From Mobula birostris (taxonomy: Eukaryota): 64,000 nt of DNA. Below, piece by piece: positions 50,891 through 64,000 of this stretch. The DNA lies in contig NC_092379.1 of the NCBI RefSeq assembly GCF_030028105.1, forward strand, positions 24,917,821 to 24,981,820. Direction: 5' to 3'. The notes below the pieces were generated by a model. It made no database searches and had not been told where the DNA came from. It saw only the letters and a program-made list of their open reading frames with translations. A program made the translations under genes and the position numbers. The stretch's first letter is position 1; every line of letters begins with the position of its first letter.

Positions 50891-53094
50891 GAATATACTA
50901 TTTTCCGTAGATGCTGCATGAACTGTCATGTTCGATCCGCATTTTGTGTGTGTTGTTTAGATTTCCGGCATCTGCAGATTTTCTCTTGTTTGCAATTAGA
51001 TTAAAACACGGTTTATTTATTTTCTGTGAAGCACGCTTAAATCCTCACGAGACATTCTTCAAACAAGTGTAAAACTCACAGAGGTTTTCCATCTAATCTT
51101 TAAACATTGAATCATTACCTTGAAATGTGAACTTTATGAAAAAAAAAACATATCAACACTTCTGGAACACAAACCAGTTTTATACCCATAGTATTAAGTA
51201 AGTTTTTAACACACGGAATAAACTATAAGTCAAAAAATATGATAAAGGCATTTCCAAAACGCAGATACATTTCCTATAAACAAACAAGGTACACCAACAA
51301 TGCATAAAAAAAGTTACCGGATCCGGAAATTAAAGCTGGAGGACATATTCTACTTTGTCTTGTTTCGTGTTGTTATCTACCCTATTTCTGATATGCCTGA
51401 ACTGCTCCTTATTTTGATACAATTTTCGACTTATTGAATGACTTCAGAAGCACGTGATATTTCCTCAAGCATCTTTTAAACACAACTTGTTTAAAACATA
51501 TTTTGGAGCCATTGATCTACCAATTATGCTTGAAAACATTTTTTTGAGAGAATACAACTTTCACACTGCAAACATATCAGTCGTTGATTTGTTGAACGAT
51601 ATGATCTATCTGTTCTCCGAGCAACCTTGAAGTAATCAACGTAAGAGCCAGTTTGTCTGTTTGACACCATGGAAATTAAGCAGCCTGTTCTGCTATGCCG
51701 TCTTTCTGAGCTGTAATAAAACATGTGCACTGACTCTTTGCATTCACCGTGTCTTAAAAATAGAGAGTATATCTGTGCATTTGTTTTCTGAGCACTGCGT
51801 TTTTAACCTTAAGCGGATTTTCATTTGCTATTTAAGGTCTGGAGTCTGGCTTCCTCTTACGACCTGAAGGTAAAGAAAGCAATACAGCTGAAGTTTACTT
51901 GCAACTGTGTGAACGTTCAAAGAAAGTAAGCTCAGCAAACATGATATAAGTGCGAACCGACAAGTTTAAAGATGAACATTCCTGTCACGACTTCTCTTGG
52001 GAAAAGACTTTCGCACCTATAAGCGTTGCAATAAAAAGTTCCAGTCTCCTCCTCGATCAGCTGCTCAAAAGCAATCATTGGGCAACTTTCACTGTAGGGA
52101 TTCGATGTGTGACTTCCTCTTTCTTAAACTGAGCTGCGTACATTTTGTAAATGCTACCATTATAATATTCCATGAAAAAAAAACGAGACAATGATGCTTA
52201 ATTGTGCATATTATAAGTGAATTTTATTCCATGTTTAAATCGTCTTCTACACAAACAGTTCTTGCCATATCCTTGATCCAAGTTTAAACCACTGTCTCTG
52301 CGGTCTTTAGTGCATCTGTACATCTGGCAATGCCACTCAATAAGCTGAAAGTAGTCCAGTTCTTTCACAGGGATGTTTTAGATTAATTTTGATGCGATGT
52401 GCGAATTTACTGCAAAGAAATGTAAACAAGTTAGTCATCGTGCATTGCTGTCTTCTTTAGCCTAGAGTAATCCTCCCTTTTAATTATACAAATATATACC
52501 TCAGGTATATAATTCCACTGGATAGCTATGTATATATGTATGTGGAAATGAAGCATTTACAAAAGTAAGTCAGAGGACAGTTCTTCTGTTGAGTATTCAG
52601 CCTATACTTTTAATTTTAAGCTCCCAGAAAAATGTCACAAAATAAGAGTTGATTTTTCCTCTCCCATGCGACTGAACGCCTATCAAAATGTTGCAAATTA
52701 ACTTTATAATTCCAAATATTCCATCTGCGTAAGTCCCTTGTTATTTTCCTGATTCAGAACTCACTCTGCACATAATTGTTCTGTTCTTCCCATCAATATT
52801 CATAAGGAATGCACATAACTGAGAAGCTTAGTGCTTTCAAAGACAGTGCTGTCGAACCGTGGAATATTATGCAAACTGTCCCGTTGCGAGTCTAAACGAA
52901 TAACAGTATTAGTGGGTTTAGAGTCTCCACTTGTTGCATACCACAACGGGAATGATGCAACTGCTTGGCATAGAAATACACAGGTAAGTGAAAAGATTAG
53001 TCGGCCCCTCCGATCATTGATAATCTTAATGCTACCTGGTCCTCTGTTGTCAGTTTTTTATCATAGAGGGCGTTCAGGAGCGAGATAAGCCAAC

Positions 53095-53535
53095 TAGTGG
53101 AATGCTGTCACAATAACATCCTGACACTCAACGTCAGCAAGACGAAAGAGCTGATTGTATAATTCAGGAAGGATAAATACGAAGGAACATATACCAATCC
53201 TCACAAAGGGATCGGAAGTTGGGAAAGTAAGCAGTCTGAAGTTCCTGGGTGTCAAGATCTCTGAGGATCGAATCTGGTTCCAACATTTCGATGCAGTTAT
53301 AATGAAGGCAAGATATCGACCATACTTCATTATAGTTTGAAGAGATTTCGTATGGCAACAAAGACGCTCGATGTACTAACAGATTGCATCACTGACCTCG
53401 TATGGGGCGAGTACTGCAAAGGACCGAAAGAAGCTGCGATGTGTTTAAACTTAGTCGGCTCAATCTTGGGTATCAGCCTACAATGTACCCAGAACATCTT
53501 CAAGGATCGGTGCCTCAGAAAGGCAGCGTCGATTA
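53095..53535 (+). mobile_element. Rex1/Babar-like LINE fragment
   Basis: LNVSKTKELIV and VSSLKFLGVKISED motifs. Confidence 0.65.
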
Positions 53536-53538
53536 TTA

Positions 53539-55020
53539 ATAGACAATAGACAATAGGTGCAGGAGTAGGTCATTCGGCCCTTCGAGCCAGCATCGCCTTT
53601 CACTGTGATCATGGCTGATCATCCACTATCAGTATCCAGATCCTGCCTTATCACCATGACCTTTGATTCCGCTATCTTTAAGAGCTCTATCCATCCTTGT
53701 TTTGAAAGCATCCAGAGACTTGTCCTCCACAGTCTTCTGGGGCAGAGCATTCCGTATATCCACCACTCTCTAGGTGAAAAAGTTTTTTTCCTCAACTCCG
53801 TTCTAAATGACCTACCCCTAATTCTTAAACTGTGGCCTCTGGTTCTGGACTGACCCATCAGCGGGAACATGCTTCCTACCTGCAGCGAGTCCAATCCCTT
53901 AATAATCTTATATGTTTCAATAAGATCCCCTCTCAGCCTTCTAAATTCCAGAATATACATGCCCAGTCGCTCTAATCTTTCGACATATGACAGTCCCGCT
54001 ATCCTGGGAATTAACCCTGTGAACCTACGCTGAACTCCGTCAATAGCAAGAATGTCCTTCCTCAAATTTGGAGACCAAAACTGCACACAATACTCCAGGT
54101 GTGGTCTCACCAGGGCCCTGTACAGCTGCAGAAGGGCCTCTTTGCTCTTATATTCAATTTCACTTGTTATGCAAGCCAGCATTCCATTAGCCTTCTTCAT
54201 TGCCTGCTGTACCTGCATGCTCGCTTTCAGTGACTGATGTACAGGAACACCTAAATCTCGTTGTGCTTCCCCTTTTCCTAACTTGACTCCATTTAGATAA
54301 TAATCTGCCTTCCCGTTCTTACCACCAAAGTGGTTAACCTCACATTTATCCACATTAAACTGCATCTGCCATGCATCTGCCCAATCACCCAGCCTGTCCA
54401 AGCCACCCTGCATTCTCATAACATCCTCCTCACATTTCACACTGCTACCCTGCTTTGTGTCATCGGCAAATTTGCTAATGTTACTTTTAATTACCTCATC
54501 TAAATCATTAATTATATTGTAAACATCTGCGGTCCCAGCACTGAACCTTGCCGTACACCACTGGTCACCGCCTGCCATTCTGAAAGGGACCCGTTAATCG
54601 CTACTCTTTGTTTTCTGTCAGCCAGCCAATTTTCAATCCATGTCAGTACTCTGACCCCAATACCATGTGCCCTAATTTTGCCGACTAATCTCCTATGTGG
54701 GACCTTATCAAAGGTTTTCTGAAAGTCCAGGTACACTACATCCACTGGCTCTTCCTTGTCCATGTTCATAGGTACATCCTCAAAAAATTCCAGAAGATTA
54801 GTCAAGCACGGTTTGCCCTTCGTAAATGCATGCTGACTCGGACCATTCCTGTTACTATTATCCGAATGTGTCGTAATTTCATTTTTTATAATTGACTCCA
54901 GCATGTTTCCGACCACTGACGTCAGGCTAACCGGTCTATAATCCCCTGTTTTCTCTCTTCCTCCCTTCCTGAAGAGAGGGACAAATTAGCCACTCTTCAA
55001 TTCACAGGAACTGATCCTGA
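53539..55020 (-). mobile_element. CR1 LINE, youngest copy, ORF2 RT in two frames
   Basis: ORFs 54512-54916 (DVVYLDFQKTFDKVPH..GVRQGSVLGP) and 53619-54578 (KFADDTK..WQMQFNVDKC..RPHLEYCVQFWSP), with a (TAGACAA) tail. Confidence 0.92.
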
Positions 55021-55299
55021 ATCTATAAAACATTGGAAAGGTCCTCCAGCACCCAGAACATGCTGTTTTATTATTGTTTTAGAAGCCTGAAAGCTCACAC
55101 ACAGCGATTCAGAAACAGCTTTTTATTCGCTCTCACATCTGAATCGTAAATGGAATTTGAACCCCTGAACACTCCCTCATTTTTTAACATATATTTTTTT
55201 TGCACAATATTTAATAGGTTCAATATATTGTAAGTTGTGGAATTATGTATGTATGTATGTATGTATGTATATGTGTATGTATGTATTTCCTCCAGTTTA

Positions 55300-55641
55300 C
55301 TAGGGGTGATTGATAAGTTCGTGGACTGAGTAGAAGGCGATGAGTTATACAGCTCTCATTATGCGCACCTGAAGCTCAAGTCTTTGAGTGGTTATGCAGA
55401 AAGTTTGAATTTAATAACTCATGTCCTTCTACCTTTGTCCGCGAACTTTCCAATCACCCCTGCTGTGGACCACTTATGGAAATCCAAGACGCCGGTTTCT
55501 ACAAAGAAGAGATCCCTATACTGTACGACAGCTGGGCAAAGTGTGTAAATTTAGGTGGGGACTATGTTGTAAAATAAATGTGCTAGGTTTTCTAAATTTG
55601 ATTCCTTCTACCTTAGCCACGAACTTATCAATCACCCCTCG
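55300..55641 (+). mobile_element. Tc1/mariner MITE-like deletion derivative
   Basis: ~40-bp TIRs (C(T/G)AGGGGTGATTGATAAGTTCGTGG...), TA on both sides, transposase C-terminus FYKEEI..LYDSWAKCVNLGGDYVVK*, and an extra internal TIR copy at about 55425-55460. Confidence 0.85.
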
Positions 55642-58600
55642 TAAATATTGCATTGAAATGCTGCTGCTAAGTTAACAAGTTTCAGGACAGATGCCGGTGA
55701 TAATAAGTTTGATTCTGATTCTGATTCATATATTGTGAGCAACAATACTTGCTTGGAACCTGTTTCTCATTCGCTTATGAAGGTCACATCAATTAAACTT
55801 CATCAATGTCCTCGATGTGTCGTGGAGCACATTCTCAAAATTATAGGAACGTTAAAATTTCAGTTGGAAGACTGGTCATGTGATGTGAAAAATAGTACAG
55901 CTATGTAACATCCATTTGCAGAGATGGTGGATGAGAAATTTATTGGAGAAAGGACGTTACACTTTCATGGAGAGTTAAGGTAAGAAAAGAGTAATCAGCA
56001 AGTTCTATTCTGATCTGTCTGCTGTCTGCTGCAATTATTAAACGCACTCAAGCTGAAAGGTGAAAAAGAACAGTTCATATTCCATCAGAAGAGATAACCA
56101 GACATAGTTTAATTTTTAAATTTTGCGCTGATTTGCTTTATCAATCTATTTCTGATTCGGCCAATTGTGTTGCATGTACTTTCCCCACAGCCACATTCTA
56201 CTCAGGCAGGATTATCACCTGTCATATGTTTTTACTTTTTCCAACCTGTAACTCAGATCCGTTCTAGCATCCATGGTTTGAATACCAGCAGCGGCAAATA
56301 GAACCGTGAAATCTATCATCTTCAGATCGACCAATCTCTATTTTGCAGCCAGCCATTTCAAAGTGATGGCTTCATTCGGAATAAAGCGTTATTTAATCGG
56401 AGAATACATCATGAGTGGTATTTGCCTCTCCCACAGTTGCGTGTTTGGATCTACAAAACATGATATTTTTGGAAATATTGAAAACAGGTGAGTGCGATTC
56501 CATGGTAATTTGTGCCGTACCATCAGAAGCAGGGACATGGTGCAGCTTTAACTTTCAAAGCACAATGAATATAGAGGGTGGTAGGCTATATCGTTGACTA
56601 TTAACGTATGCTTGATGTGACAATATGATTTTACTGTATAATATTTACCTTTCAAGGAGTGATTGCTCTGCATGTAAAATTTATTGTGTTTCATTTTATC
56701 CACTAAAAAAACAAAATAGTTTGATGCACGTTGCTTACTTCGAAACGGAATATAATTATTACCTGCAAATTGGATTAATCAATAACACAATATTGTCACG
56801 ACCATCGATTCGGCAGCGCAGCATATACGGCAATTGCACTCGTGAATATGCACGTGTTAGCTAATTATTATATCATTATCACAATATTTAACTCCATTCA
56901 TTCCGTCGTAGTTTTTGTCGAGACGTGGACACAGCAACGCTTCGCTGCATGCTTGCATTCCGCCTTGCCTGCTATATTGGACTCTCGAATCAACTGACTC
57001 TGAAGACTAAGGTCTATGAGCTAACGACCTGCTTCAGTGTCTGTCACTCCGCACAGGGGCCATATCCGAACCTTGTGCAGCATGTCCCGGCACCACAAAG
57101 ATGGAGCCAGCAGAGATAGAGCAGCTGACCTTGGCCATGAGATTCATTAGTCATAGTGATTCATCGAGGCAACAAATGTTCCGTTGAAATAACTATGCAC
57201 AAACTCTTGTTTTTGTCTCAATCGTGACAAAAAGACCTTGCCAGGTAATGGACCAGGTGAAATTTGAACAGTGACGTATTGACCTTGTTGGCTTGAGGAG
57301 AGAATGCGTTTCTTCTCAGTGCATGTACTGTCTCTACATTCCGAGAGACCAGAGTCTACATACTGAGTTTCTCTACACTATGTCGAGTTTCTCCAGACTA
57401 CATTGAGTTTCTCCGGTATCCATTCCAAGTCTTTCAATTTACAAGTACCCATGTTCCCAGCTTTGGAATCCTGTGACTCAGGTCTGCATAACAAATGAGC
57501 GTTTCAAGCAAGCTTATCAAATTCTTTAACAGAACATCATTCAAGACATCGTGTAAATTCTGGAACAGCTCGACGCCAAAAGCTGATTCTAAGCCTATAA
57601 TGAGTATTTTTAGCGTCTTGATTAAAGTCATGGTACAAACGGAGAATATTGAACATTCATGTAGCAAATTAAGTAGATCTACAGAGAGACAGCTAGCTTA
57701 GAGATGAAAGAAACTAGTCTATGCCATTTTGATCTCTAAAACTGAGAGAATATCGTAATTGTCTCTGGAAAAAAAATAGTAAAAGTTAAAACAATGTGAG
57801 CAATTTTGAAAAAAGGTTCCTTCTCTGGACAGGACGGGGAGGGATGGAGCCAAGAGCTGGATAGTTGATTGGCAAAAGGGAGTTGAGAGGATCATGGGTC
57901 GACCCATGATTCACCAGCAACTTCTATGTGTATTGCTTAAAATTCCAGCATCTGCAGATTTCCTCGTGTTTGTGTTATTATGGCATTTGCAGTGTGCTCC
58001 TCTAGACCACAACTCAGTACTATTTACCACAATATAACTAATATCCCCACAGCTTCTACCCTATTTTCCCTGCCGCTCATCTAGTTGTTTTTTTTTTTTT
58101 TATGCATTTCAGAGTAAGCCATTAACCTATCTCTCTTTACATCCTATACAGTGACTCAGGCATCGCTTTATATCACACTCTACAAATGCTCTCTAATTTT
58201 AATGATATCAGACTGCTGCACCAGATATCGATAATACATACGGAGATAGACACTATCTCCAATAATGTGTATAGGAGAAGTTGGATCAGGCACAGACATT
58301 TTTCTTGCGGTTGCATACATCTGCAACTACTTCAGGTTAACGTTGCCTTTCCCCAATGTTTGGATAATCAGTCTTAAGTGAAGTTAACACGGAATCACAC
58401 CTATCATTTGTGAGGAACATAACGAAAAGGAGAAAAGGAAGAAATCCCAATAAACTTTTATATCAAGTTTCACATAAACTTAGAATCTGTATCAGACGGA
58501 GTTGTACGGGGCTAATCAATCTCTGTCACAGGAGAATGTGTCATAGATAAACAATCGGAGTTACAAACCTACATTGGATCTTATAGCCTTTACCCGAGTG

Positions 58601-61600
58601 CCATGAAGAAAATATCTCCAACCAGAATGAATCAATACTACAGTAATCTATGAGAAGCCCTGCATTTATGAACGCGTCCAAAGGTCTGCAAAAGTAGAAA
58701 CAGAGCATCAACGCCAAAATAAAGCAAACAAATAGAATTTTGTGCTGAGTGAGCCATATCGCAGAAAATCTGCCTTGGAAAATGAAGTGCATGTATCCGT
58801 AACTGTAAAGGACGTTTGTCCCCGAGAACTTCTGAAAGCACATCGGCGAAAATGTCTGCAGATGCTGGAGATCCAAAGCAACATATTCAAACTGATGTTG
58901 GAAATCAGCACGATAGGCAATATCTGTCGAAAAGCGTCAACGGTCATCGTTTCAGGCCGAGACCGTGTTTTGAATGCATTCGATCAAATTCTCAGAGTAA
59001 TCAGTGTATTTGTCATTGATTGCTTAGCAGCGTTTGAATTTGCAGAACACTTCATCAGGGACGTGCAGCAGCATCACAGTATAAGTTTGCAGTTTGTCGG
59101 TTTTGAAAAATACATTGGCGCGCATTCGCGACCAGATAAACGCGGGAGTAGAGCAGAGGGTCTTATGTTACTGATTGTTTCAGCATCGGGTGAGATCCCA
59201 CAAATAGCAGACTTAATTTCGTAACTGATTATAAACAACTTTAAAGATGATCAAGAGCAATGATCTTGATTGAGGAATATGGGTAACCACAGGTAATTTC
59301 TCAGGTAAGAACACATACGGCAAGCTTTCCCGTATTGTGCTGTAGGATTTTCTTTTTTTTTTTTGTCTCCATAACGTTGGGAAAGTTGGATCTCGGGATA
59401 CTCTTATGTATCTAACTTTAAAGCGCGGTATTCCTTTGATTGAATCAACGCAGTGGTTTAAAAACGTTTTCCTGGGCAGATCTATACAGTAAAGGTTACA
59501 ACCTGGAGTATAACTCACAGGTACTCAGAAGACTGAGAGATGGAGTTAATGCAATATACAGGATTCTTGAATTGATTGGCGGCTGGATGTTGTGAAGAAG
59601 TATACTGAAGATATTTTCAGTGTTACGGAGCAATGTTTCTGAATAAATAGATGTCGAGGGTAACGAAGAATAAACGATCATTTCCAAAGAGTTGTGTTAC
59701 TCCAGACATCTATCTCGCGAGAAATGCAGCGGATTAATTGAACCGGTTCAACATAGAATTTGCAGAAATGCAAATCAGAAAGGATGCAATTAGAACGGGA
59801 CCTAATCTACAAGTGTAATAGAGGCCAGAACATTATCCGCCCTAAATTATTGAAGGCTGGAGACGGTCTGCGATGTAGACTGACCCACTTCATATATTTT
59901 CTGAAAGATCGATTTTTTGTTCATTTCCTAGCCTGCCATGCTGAGTTCGTCCAAAATTGTGTGTGTATTACTTAGTAAACTTTCAGTTGTTGCAATATCA
60001 TAACATACCACTTATTCATGATACCACTGGATCCACTGGAAACTCAAATGACCTAATGCGAAATGGTGTCATTTTATAAAATAGCGTCGTGTCTTCTCTC
60101 CTTAATCACGTAGTATCACACAATACCTCACACCCCATAGTAAAACTCTAGAATTTAATGCGATACCATGTAAGTATTATGAACGTTTAGATGGAGAGAC
60201 TCCACCAAGGATCGGAGAATTCAGCAGGAAAGGACTATCCTGTTCTTAAAGCAGCGCTTTCCATTGTTCAGTGTAACCATGGCTGATCGGACAACTTCCG
60301 TTCAATATTTCTACTCCTCAGATGACCTCTCTGGGCACAATGTTGCACTTTACCCTATTCTGAATGTACTTACTGATCTGGTAGTTGATTTCACTCCCTA
60401 TATAGCATAGTACTTTCAGTCCACAGTGGCTTGCAGCCGACAATCTGACGTGCTGACTTTAAAAAAAAAATCAGAATGATACATCTTGAAAAAATGTGAA
60501 ACGTGTTGCCGGTAAAATAAATGAGCCTCCTTACAGATTGTGGAGTTTTTGGTACGGAATCGCCTTCACTGTCTGTCTCACACGGAGCATTGGGCTGAAA
60601 ACATGTATTTTAAGTAGAAAATACACAGATGTTACCGTTCAGTTACATTGTCTGCGTCTGCTCGTGACGTGCTGTGAAATAGTGGATTCTGGCTACAGAA
60701 AACACGAAAACGTGGAATGAAAGTGATTTAAAGAAAAACTTTAAATATGAATCACTATGTTTATTTATAAATAGTCTTTTACTGCATACCTGTACTAACG
60801 AAGGTCAGAAGAATCGAGTGATACGGTATGTGAAATTAGCAAATGGAATTAAATGTGCATGGAGCTCCAAATTAATTTGAATGGTTTGAATTGAACGGTA
60901 GAGCATATTTGAGGTCGATTGACCTAACTCTGAATCACACCAGGAACAGACTATGTGCTTTTAATACCTGTCTTGGAGATTGCAATGCTACATAATGCTA
61001 AACAAAGACAAATTCGAATTTCATATGTTGTATCAACGCCTCTCTCTTAAACTAACCGATTATTAGTTCCATCAACGCTACGCAATGGAATGCGTTTGTA
61101 CGAGAAAACATTCTGGAAGGATTGATGTTTAATTGAATTATCACATTGAATGTCCATCCTATCCACACATAATCTATATCTCTCCTTCAATCTCTATGGT
61201 CGGATCAGATCTTTTTCGTTAGGCCCCGAATATAACTGAAAGGAAAACACCTATCGTTTTCTGGGCAACGTGAAAGAAGCTGTATTCAGCCGGCTACTGA
61301 GAAAGAGAAAGTGATTGTTGGTCAACATGAAGAAACAATATAAAACACTGCCTAGCAACGCGTCTCACATTTGCCAGCCCAAGTCCTTATTGTGTACTTG
61401 ATGCATCATTCAGGTTGAATTCAAATTTGGCTCTTCACTAATATAGCTGTACCAGCAAGCTGAGGCACTAGAAAGACTGGCATTCAAACAAAGCACATGC
61501 GCTTACCTTTCTGCTTAACGAAAGCTTCAAGTGTCCACTATAGCCTGCCCCACACACCGAACCCTTGTCAAAAAGGCGAACTAATTTCGGTGAACGTTAC

Positions 61601-62639
61601 TGGCTGAATGCTGTCAGTGATACGTCAAATTATCAGTAAATCTAGAAAGAAAGTTATCCGCATCCCATATTGCTTAACAGGAGGACGTGGGGATTATAAA
61701 GATTAAGCAATATTGCGTTCAGGGTTCTGCAATGCAATGTCTCAAGCTATTCATCTCTCCCCCATTCCAGACACAGCATATGAAGAGGAATATTCCCATT
61801 CCACACATGGTGTGTTACAACCAGTGTTAACGATTAGATAAAGCAAAATCGATTTATTATGCATAATGTGTGTCCATTTGGTCATTTGGTTGTCATCCTC
61901 GAAATATCCCATCCATTCAGACGGATGACAGTGACATTACTCATGGAATATAAAGGGAACTTCTTCAATACAGCGCCTTCAAATTCACCAGAGGAGTCAG
62001 AGCCATTGGTTATAAACGTGAACACTTAACAACTTCATCCCTTTGAATGCATCAGATATGGTTAGCATGAATACACTGTCAAAGTGATTTGAAGTTTTCC
62101 CAGTAAATACTGCGGGCCAGGATTAGCGTGTTCTCTCAAATGTGTCACGTAAATTCCACAAAACGGTATTAGATACAACCGAGCAATGGAGAACACTATC
62201 ATTTCAGACGATATTATTGCAAATGGATTAGAGTAGACGATATGCAAATTTAGAATATATGGGATACAATAACCCATATCTTCCACCATGCCTCAACCAT
62301 CTTTTTAACGGAATGGCTCGACAACAACACACCATCTTGTGTGCCCCGAAATAGTTTCCTCTGTTAGAGACTACTATCATCCATACAGTTTCATCTATCA
62401 GTACCAGAGTAATTACAACAAAAAACATGACAGAGATTTTTTTTTTTAATTCCATGTGATGAAGGAGAAGGAGGAGGAAGATGGGGAGATCAGTGCCGAG
62501 AATAATAATACACATTTTGAAGTAATGGATGAGATCTTAATGAGGAATAAGGCGTATTTACCGAAGGCTTGAAGGCCTATACAGCAGGTTATGGAAAGAG
62601 ACAAATGAAACAGTTCCTGGGGTCTTAACCACTATACTC

Positions 62640-63790
62640 CTGCGCTCAGTCGTCAGAAGTATGAGAAGTAACTAATATTGTTCTATTGTTTAGATATTAC
62701 CATGGAAACCATAGACCGGTCTCACATCAGGAATAGGGAATATGCTGGAGGGAATTCTTATGGAGATGATCAATAAGCAATACCATTTCGTAATTAGTGC
62801 GAGTCAGCATCGCTTTGTGCTGTGTAAGTAATGTCTTACTAAGTATACAGATATTGTTTTCTTTTAATATACGGAAATGTGAAGACTGTGATCGATGAGC
62901 AACAGCTGGTGGTGTTGTGATAGTGTAAATTACTGGGAAAGGAAAGAACGGAATACAGATCAGTGGCAGATATGAGCAGAACAATGGAGAATTGCACTTA
63001 ACTCTGCAGTTTGTTAGAGGAAATCTAAAGAGACAACACACTCTTCATGACAGGGCAATTAGGAGCGTTGATGAGCACAGACATCTCGGGAAGAAGTTCA
63101 TAGCTCCATGAACGGGCCTACAGAGTTTGATAGGTTGTTTGAAAAGATATATGGTAGTTTGCCTTTATTCTTTGAGACATTGTATTCAGACGTCACGAAG
63201 TCACATTGCAGCTTTACGAAATTCCATTTAGGACGCACATGAATTATTCATTCAGTTCTGGTTACCCCGTTAAAGGAAAGACGTCGCGGCTTTGAGGACG
63301 TTGTGGAAAGTACTTGCAAAGATATTGCTTCGATTAGAGGGCACTTAGTAGTACAAGAGATTGGATAAAGGTTGGTTGTTTTATCTGGAGTGACAGAAGC
63401 TGAAGGGAGATGAATAGAGATTTATAAGTTTATGAAAGGCTTAAATAAGTAGGAGAACCACATATTTTTCCCTGGTCTGAATTGTCGAATACCCCTGGGC
63501 ATTCATTTAACGTGGGACAGGGTAATTTTCAAGGAAATGTGAGAGGCGAGTATTATCTGTTAACAGATTTTGATGTTTGAAATACACTGACTGGTGTAGT
63601 GATAGAGGCAGATGCAGGAGGGACTTCTAAGAGACGTTTAGATTAGAACATAAATGTTAGGAAAAAAGAAGGATATGGACATTGTGCCGGCATAACAGAA
63701 TACTTTAGTTGTCCATTTGATTACTAATTAACTGTTTGAATACAATATTTTGGGTAGAAGGACCTATTCCTCAAATGCACTGTTCTATGC
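62640..63790 (+). mobile_element. Degenerate CR1 LINE 3' region
   Basis: Eroded DLG..VH..L, YVQFW and 3'UTR similarity. Confidence 0.6.
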
Positions 63791-64000
63791 TGAAGTAAAA
63801 ATTGAAGTTCAATAGTTATTCAACCAGACATTGATTCCCATGACACAACCTTGGGTCCAAGGTGTAAAACACAGTACCAACATTGCTGCTTTTTGTTGCC
63901 TTATCTTAGTTTTCAAAATCCTCTAATCCTCTAAATTTCTAAATATTTGCTCATCTTATGCTCGCTCTTTATTTTTGTTTTGCCATTCTCTTCCTTTATC

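Noticed and set aside
61465-62360. ECQSF, GGRY and NDSVLHC fragments resembling NAR V, plus an ATGCAAAT octamer
   Set aside because: The fragments are scattered with inconsistent spacing and are compatible with chance.

Overview
Repeat-rich vertebrate DNA from a cartilaginous fish. The repeat families look batoid or ray-like, which is an inference. The window lies in the V region of the T-cell receptor alpha/delta locus, transcribed on the minus strand. It holds an apparently intact NAR-TCR-type cassette at 160-1456: leader, IgNAR-like V with an extra FR1 cysteine, 23-RSS, a 12/12-flanked D, and a 23-RSS J with a splice donor. It also holds a decayed paralogous NAR-TCR V at about 7684-7972 and an intact TCR delta-type V with a good 23-RSS but no recognisable leader at 41902-42211. 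NAR-TCR is a described system (doubly rearranging TCR delta chain of sharks), but none of these segments is evident from the ORF track alone. The rest is mostly mobile DNA: CR1 and Rex1/Babar LINEs, Penelope-like elements (including an 807-bp foldback insertion with an 11-bp TSD and minimal hammerhead-ribozyme motifs), Ty3/Gypsy chromovirus relics, an ERV pol-env-LTR remnant, a hAT element with TIRs and TSD, a mariner MITE, a V-SINE and microsatellites. There is one 166-N assembly gap. All identifications come from reading the sequence by eye, and repeat boundaries are approximate unless TIRs or TSDs are given.
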